From: Selaginella moellendorffii
Lineage: Eukaryota; Plantae; Lycopodiophyta
NCBI RefSeq assembly: GCF_000143415.4
Contig: NW_003314328.1
Location: 955,626-1,019,625, forward strand
Direction: 5' to 3'
DNA: 64,000 nucleotides
The translations under genes and the position numbers were made by a program. Positions 57,584-64,000 of this stretch are shown in pieces. The first letter of the stretch is position 1. Each line of letters begins with the position of its first letter. The notes under the pieces are model-generated. The model made no database searches, was not told the origin of the DNA, and saw only the letters and a program-made list of their open reading frames with translations.

Positions 57584-59430
57584 TTACAGTGTGGTTAGAG
57601 CTGCAATGCTGCAGAAGATACCAACGACAATAACAAAAGCAGGAAGCACCAACTCTTTGGCGTATTCCTGCACGGTTGAATACCAGGTGTCCTTTCTATA
57701 CTTCAAAACACTTCCTATTCCATCAGCCTGCTTCTGACATTTTGCTCTGCAAAGAGAACTTAACACTGTACTCTGTAAACAAAAACATACCTTTGGAAGA
57801 ACAGCAAGAAATGGTTTACTACGGGAATGGTATACGAAACCATGGAAACTCCAGTCGCCCCTGTAATTGTGATGATGGCGCCCGAATTGTTAGGCGATAT
57901 GAGGCTGATGCCTGTGCAGAAAACAAGGATTCCAGCTGATATACACAAATGACGTAAGAAGCGATTCTGCTTCTTATCGCCAGGAATCCAACGGTTGATT
58001 GTGTAGCGAGTCGGAAACTCTACAGTTGGAATTGCAAAAGCAAGGTATACTGTCAAAGAGCGGCATCCAATAAGTAAATTATCGAAGCTTCCAAGGCTCA
58101 TACCCGCCATTGCTAAGTTGAGTGATCCTTGTGGTACACCACCGCCAAGCCATTTGTTTTCCAGTATGTTTTCGGACGTAAGGCTCCCGTATCTTGCCGC
58201 GCCGAAGAATCCAATAGTGCCGTAAATGAAGAATGAAGTTCCTGCACGTAGCTCGCTTGAAGTGAAACATAAACACAAGGAGCATCTTTATGCTCACCGA
58301 GAACTCACCGAGAATAACTACACGAACCGAGTATGAGGTCAGCTTCACACCAACTTTACCAGCGGGCATTTCAGCAAGGAAGGGCATCATCATTGGCTGT
58401 ACGTAAAATGCAAAACCAAATGTTGAAATAGCTTGAGTGATTGAGCCTGCATCCACCGATATGTCTCAGTTAAACAAAAAAAAAAAAAAAAAGCAATCAA
58501 AACTTGCCTATACTTGTAAACCCGACTGCAGCAAGCTCTCCGTTTTTCACCGCAGGCAGCTTGAACCTGATAGCATCTATGACAATTACCACGAGCAGCC
58601 AGATGACAATCGATGTTCCTACAGTTGCAAAGAATTCGAGCTGCATTGGAGAAGTTAAATCAGAAGGAAGAACAAAGTCAAAGTCACACCTGTCTCATTT
58701 TTTCCACCAAGCAAATTGGAGCGACAATGAAGACGACGGACAGGATCATAAGCACGCGCCCGCTACCTGTTAGCCAGGAAGGAGCATTGGAAGTGATGTT
58801 TTCAATGCCGATGACAGCAGCTTCACTGACTTGTTGAATGTTGCCTATAATGGTCCCAATGAGCAGAACCACTATGCTAATTTCGGTAGCAAGCTGTGCA
58901 AAGAGAAGAGAGAGAGAGAGAGAGGGCTTTTAGAAACTTAGAAAAACCAAAAAAAAGAAAAAAAAGATAGAACCTTCCACCACTTCCCACCAATGTGGAA
59001 AGCAAGAGACTCATAGTTGAGAGCTCCAGTACAATAAGCTTGTCTGAGCAGCAGATCACAAGTGTAAGTATTTGCCAAGGCCACAACAAGCATTATCAGG
59101 AAGCCGCAGACAATTCCCGTGGTAGTGAATGCATTTGACACGGGCAGGACCGCTCTGCAAGCCGAAGAAAAAAAAAATTCAAAGTCAGGAGGAAGGAAAA
59201 AAAACAAAGCTAGAGATGAAACTTTACCCTCCCATGATGCTGAGTGTGAGTGTGACGATGCCACTGAAGAGAGCATGTCGATACTCCCTCCTCCGCAGAA
59301 GGTAGAGAAACGGTGGCGAAGACGAATTGGGAATTTCCCCCTCGACATGACGCTGAGGCAGCTCTCGGGATCCGTCCTCTCGAGCTGCTACATCACAAGA
59401 AGGATCCATTATCACAGAATCAACAACCAT
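57584..59430 (-). CDS. Amino-acid transporter (AAAP/AVT6-like); start uncertain (possible extra exon near 59670-59709)
   Basis: TLTLSIMG|AVLPVSNAFTTTG, ALNYESLA, FGFAFYVQP, YGTIGFFGAARYG..SENILEN, ITGATG. Confidence 0.85.
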
Positions 59431-59852
59431 ATAAAAGATGGGAGTTTTTTAAGCGAAGAAAAGAAGACTCAAGCACGAGTTTTACTCTAGTCGCGTCTAC
59501 CTTTCACGGAAAATCTTGCTCAAACAGTGCCAAGCTCACACTCTGCCAAGGCTTGAGGACGCGTTGGCTACATGACACAAAAGTCTACATCGAGAAAAAA
59601 GAAATCCACGGAGATTAGATCAAAGTCCCCATTGAAAGCTGTGAAGCGGCCACTCAGAGAGATTCCATACCTTCCATGCTGGCCACGACGCCTGCATTGC
59701 TGTTCCATGGCGCACCGATCGATGCCCTCCTCGCCAAGAGCCCTAGAAAGAGTTTTGGCGGGAAAGTGTTAGGGCTTATGGTACACTGTATTCAAAGTTG
59801 AGCGGGAAAATATTCTAGGGCTGCGTGGACGCGACGATCGCTTGCTCTCACG

Positions 59853-62800
59853 ATGCTCATCTCGGAGGTACTTAGTGATCCAGGGATCGGCAATGTGGCT
59901 ACAGTGAATCCGCTGCGGAGAATCGAGCGCCTGGTTTGCGACATCGAGCAGGCGTCTCCGGGAATCGGTGTCGACACTGTCGAAGAGCTCCAAGAATGCG
60001 TGCTCGGCCTCAAGTCCGAGCTCTCCGAGGAGCAGCGGCTGCAAATCTGGAAGCTGAGCTACCGGATTTGGAACACTTGCGTGGATATCGCCAACAGCAT
60101 CCAGCAGCAGCAGCCGCCAGGCCGCGCAGCGGTGGATTCCTCGGCGGAATACCACGCGCGGCTTCGTCAGATCGCTAGCGAGATGCTTTTCTTGGCCGGT
60201 GCCGTTGGATCCATCCGGTCGAGCACTCTCAAGATGGCCACATTCTTCCTTCGATCGGGCACGACCTGGCACAAGATCCGGAACTACAAATCGGCGGCCG
60301 GCTGCTTCGAGCGAGCCACCGAGATCGTCTCCAGAGACAACGTCTTCTCATCGATCGGCACCAGGGAAGAGCAGCAGTTCATGTTTGATCTGTGCCTTGC
60401 GCGGTCGAGAACAGCGTGGGAGATGTCTCACAAGGCGCTGGCTTCCAGTTTGCTAGGGAGGGCCCGTGGTTTTCTCCAAGACTCCCTGGAGAGGTATCAA
60501 GAGCTGGCGGACGTGTATCTTCTCTACGGGAAATCACTCCTGGCGCTCCAGGACTCGGAATCAAAGGCGGAGTCCGTCAAGTACGTGGAGCAAGCGTATG
60601 AGATTTGCTCCGAGGCGCTCAAGGGATCATGCAAGAGCAAGAGCGAGGAGCAAACTGTCACAAGCCAGAAGCTCACAATTCTCAGGTACATTGCCGCTGG
60701 GCAGCTCCAGAACGGGAACTTCGAGGGAGTTCTCAAGTGCGTTTCGGTTCTCAAAGGCTCCTCGGATCATCCTAGCACGTCGTTCCTGGCGTTCAAGGCT
60801 TTGCTTGGTCTCAGTCGCTTCGAAGAGGCCGAGGAGGAGCTTATAGCGCTCATATCTCATGACAAGGCTGCGGTGGAGGTGTGCCTCTCCGCTTTGACGT
60901 TCTTGATCGAAGAGACGACGCAGCAGCTGGACGTTGCAAAGAAAGCGTTCTTCGTTTTGCTTTCGAGGTTTTCATCCACAACCGATGTCTGCGCGAGCAT
61001 AATTGAGAAGTTGCTGAAGCAAGCGTCACCGGCTGATCCTATGAGCCGGAAGAGAGTGGAGGTGGCCTTGTCAATCGCGACGGACGACAGAGTGTTGAAG
61101 AGATTCAGTGCTTGTGCTGGGCCGAGACTGCACAACCCGTTGCTGCATTGCCGGAAGGAGCTGGAGTCCATGCATGCGCTTCTCTGGAACTGGCAAGTGT
61201 TTTTTCACCGTTATATTGGAGCTGACTTGTGGTGTGTTTTGTAATAGTGGCTCGGATTTCTTCCAGGCGAAGGACTATCCTACAGCCATCAGATTGTTCG
61301 AGGCTGCCATGCATTATCTGCCTGCGGAAGAGGAAACTACCATGAGAGCGAAGGCATTGCGTGTTTTATGTCTCTGCTATCTTGGCCTCTTGCAGTATGA
61401 CAGAGCTGCTGAATACGTTGATGCAGCTGAAAAGGTGATTTTTGGTTTATTGTTGGTCTTATGACTGAGGATCTTTCTTTGTTCTTTGTAGCTTGAACCG
61501 AACGTGTCGTGCAGTTTTCTGAAGGTAAGTCGCTTGTTTGAGCTAGCAAGCTAACTACATCGATCTGTAAACTTGCAGTTCAAGATATGTCTACAAATAA
61601 ATGACGAAGTCGGAGCAGCGAATCAAGTGAGCAAGATGATAAAATGCGCAGATTTCGAACCAGAATATCTGACACTGGCATCACATGAAGCTGTGGCATG
61701 CAAGAACATTAAGGTTGCGGTCTCTGCTTTGTCGAACATGTTGGTCATGATCTCGTCCAATTCTCGACCTCCAGCAGGCACTAAAGAGGTGACCGTCTTC
61801 AGGAACTTGATTTTTCTCGCTTTGCAAGATCTGAAGTGTCAGGACGAGGCAGTGAAATACTTGAAGCAGGCACGGCAGCGTCTCCTGGAAACAGGAGCTG
61901 AAACTTTCCTTGGATCCGGAAGCAGCGCAGAGAAAGAAGCGAGCTGGTTTGCTGGGTGCGCATGGAACCAGGGATTGGCTGCTGCAAAGACTCAGGACTG
62001 GAAAACTTGTGAAGAGCTTTTTGCCTGTGCTTCGGACTTTTATGCGTTGCTTTCAGATACGGCAGAAAATTTGCAGTCACTAGAGACATCGCTACTTCTG
62101 ACCGTCGCTGCGTTGCTCATGATATGCAACGAGTCCGATACAGAGAAGCTGAAACTGGCAACGGTCTACATGGAGAAGTGTCGCAAGGTAATGTATTCCT
62201 AAGTCGAGCAGTTTAGCTAGTTGCTGACATTGCCTTCGCAGGTGCATGCTTCTCTCTTGCTCAAGTCGCCAACTTTTGCAAGCACCGACTTCTACATGAA
62301 CCTTTTGGCATTTGATCTCAAAGGCAAGATGAAGGAGTACAAGGAGCAGCTAGAGATTATGTACCGTTGCGCAAGCTTGCCTGGATTCAAGCCAGATTAC
62401 TTTTTCAAGATGGCGATGCATGCATGTAACGGAGACGGAAGCAACACCGAAGTTCCGATAGCAGCTTTCAAGTCCTGCCTGAACCTGCTGCTCAGCTCCG
62501 CAGCTCCAGACTACAAGCGAGCAGCAATAATCATGAGGAAGCTCATAGTGCTTTCTGACCAGCGGAACAAGGATGGACCGGAGGTGCTGAAGCTGTACAG
62601 AGAAGCGAAGCACATGCTCTTGGGACTTCAGAATGGAGTCTATCCGTCCGAGGAAATCCAGTGGCTGGTCTCGACTGCTTGGAACAGAGCAGCGTTGCAA
62701 GTCAAGCTTTCCCGACTTCCAGGAGCAGAACAGTGGATGAACATTGCCCTGGAGCTGCTCAGCCATGCGCCTGCTATGGAACCTCAACGACAGGGAATGG

Positions 62801-62862
62801 TGGACAGCCTCAACGAGGTGATGAAGCAGAAGCAGGGCCATGTCGACTTGATGGAGGAGTGA
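59853..62862 (+). CDS. ZIP4: Meiotic ZMM TPR protein ZIP4/SPO22/TEX11
   Basis: IWKLSYRIWNTCVDIAN, HARLRQIA, ARSRTAWE, MHALLWNC (GC-AG intron 61193-61247), RVLCLCYLGL, YPSEEIQWLVSTAWNRA. Confidence 0.93.
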
Positions 62863-62881
62863 CTCCAAGCCGTTAGGGTTT

Positions 62882-63803
62882 ATGCAGCTTGCAATGGGAG
62901 CAGAGAAGCGCGGGGCGCTCATTGTCTTGGAGGGTCTGGACAGAAGCGGGAAGAGCTCTCAGTGCCACAGGCTGGTTGAGTTTTTGAAGGGCACTGGGCT
63001 GAAGGTGGAGGCTTGGCGGTTTCCAGACAGGACAACTGCCATCGGTAGCTCGATTTCGGCTTACTTGGGAGGCGGGGCTGAGCTTGATGATCGTGCTGTG
63101 CACCTTCTGTTTTCAGCAAACCGCTGGGAGAAGAGGTATGACTTGGAAGTATTTCTTGATTATTTCTTGAGAACAGCTCATCTTGTTTTCTCACAGGCTG
63201 CAGATGGAAAGGAAATTGATGGCTGGGACAACGTTGGTAGTAGATCGATATTCGTACTCAGGAGTGGCTTTCTCTGCTGCGAAGGGACTGGATCTTGAGT
63301 GGTGCAAGGTGAAAATCATTGCCTAACTTTTAGCGTTTAACTAAGAGCCCCTGGACAGGCTCCCGAGGTCGGACTTCCTGCTGCAGATCTGGTCTTGTAC
63401 CTAGATATTTCGCCAGAGGTACTCTACATTCTATAAAGCAGCTCTTTCGTTACTTTTTGTTTAGGAAGCTGCTGTGCGCGGTGGATATGGAGATGAGCGC
63501 TATGAGCAGCTGGATTTTCAGAAAAAAGTTGCCTTACAGTACAAAGGTCTGCAGGGTAAAAGATGGAAGGTGCGTCCGACTTTTGTTTTGTGGCGAGTTT
63601 TGAAGATATTGAACAGATTGTGGACGCAAGGCAATCGTTTGATCAAGTTCACGAGCTGATGAGAGAAACGTGTGTGAAAACTGTCAGCAATTGCCTCAAT
63701 GGGTGCCACCATCTTTCTTGGCTGTGGACAGGTAGGCTTACCATTGCACATTGCTTCATCACAAACTCTTTTTTTTTGCACAGATGAAAGGGTAATCTTG
63801 TAG
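62882..63803 (+). CDS. TMK: Thymidylate kinase (dTMP kinase)
   Basis: [65 protein letters not shown]. Start at 62882 or 62894; last exon inferred. Confidence 0.92.
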
Positions 63804-64000
63804 AGTGGGACCTGAGTTTTAGGGCTAAACAAAAGGAAGTTTTATGTAGTGCTAATTAAGAATGAGCCAAACTGGAATTTATGGTTAGACTTGAGTACAA
63901 TAATAATATAAGGTATGTATGTACAAAATTATCCTTCTATATCTTTACTATTGCCATTTTACTATTCTATTATTACGTTTTCTCTATGATCTAATATTTA

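Noticed and set aside
1-64000. tRNA/rRNA genes
   Set aside because: None recognised by eye; tRNAscan-SE or Infernal would be needed to exclude small ncRNAs.

Overview
This is eukaryotic land-plant nuclear DNA, very gene-dense, with tiny (about 45-60 bp) spliceosomal introns and intergenic gaps often under 300 bp. That architecture fits the lycophyte Selaginella moellendorffii, but this is inferred, not database-checked. Two compact gene blocks flank a rearranged core. Block 1 (1-17.9 kb) holds a 2OG-dioxygenase, a DUF662-like coiled-coil gene, TTC4, HMGB, EDR2-like, FLDH, NAT12, an S28 peptidase, a class II RSL bHLH and nCBP. Block 2 (40-64 kb) holds CHFR-like, TERC, EAPP, a MUT9-like CK1, LPCAT, ATP synthase d, ZMAT2, CYP94, an amino-acid transporter, ZIP4 and thymidylate kinase. 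The core (17-39.5 kb) is a tandem duplication of about 8 kb (17075-24929 / 24930-33388). Each unit carries an inverted copy of the local S28 gene and RSL-upstream region (unit 2 also carries NAT12 fragments), plus SRP54, PPR and F-box fragments. It is followed by a TE island (probable LTR end and a Helentron/Helitron2-like element) and an F-box pseudogene. Main observations: two S28 paralogs intact except for a GA-AG donor; a frame-restored chimeric nCBP at the duplication junction; same-strand gene pairs only 19 and 51 bp apart (possible bicistronic units); an F-box-derived hairpin; and the Helentron-type element. CDS coordinates are start-to-stop gene spans including introns, placed by hand.
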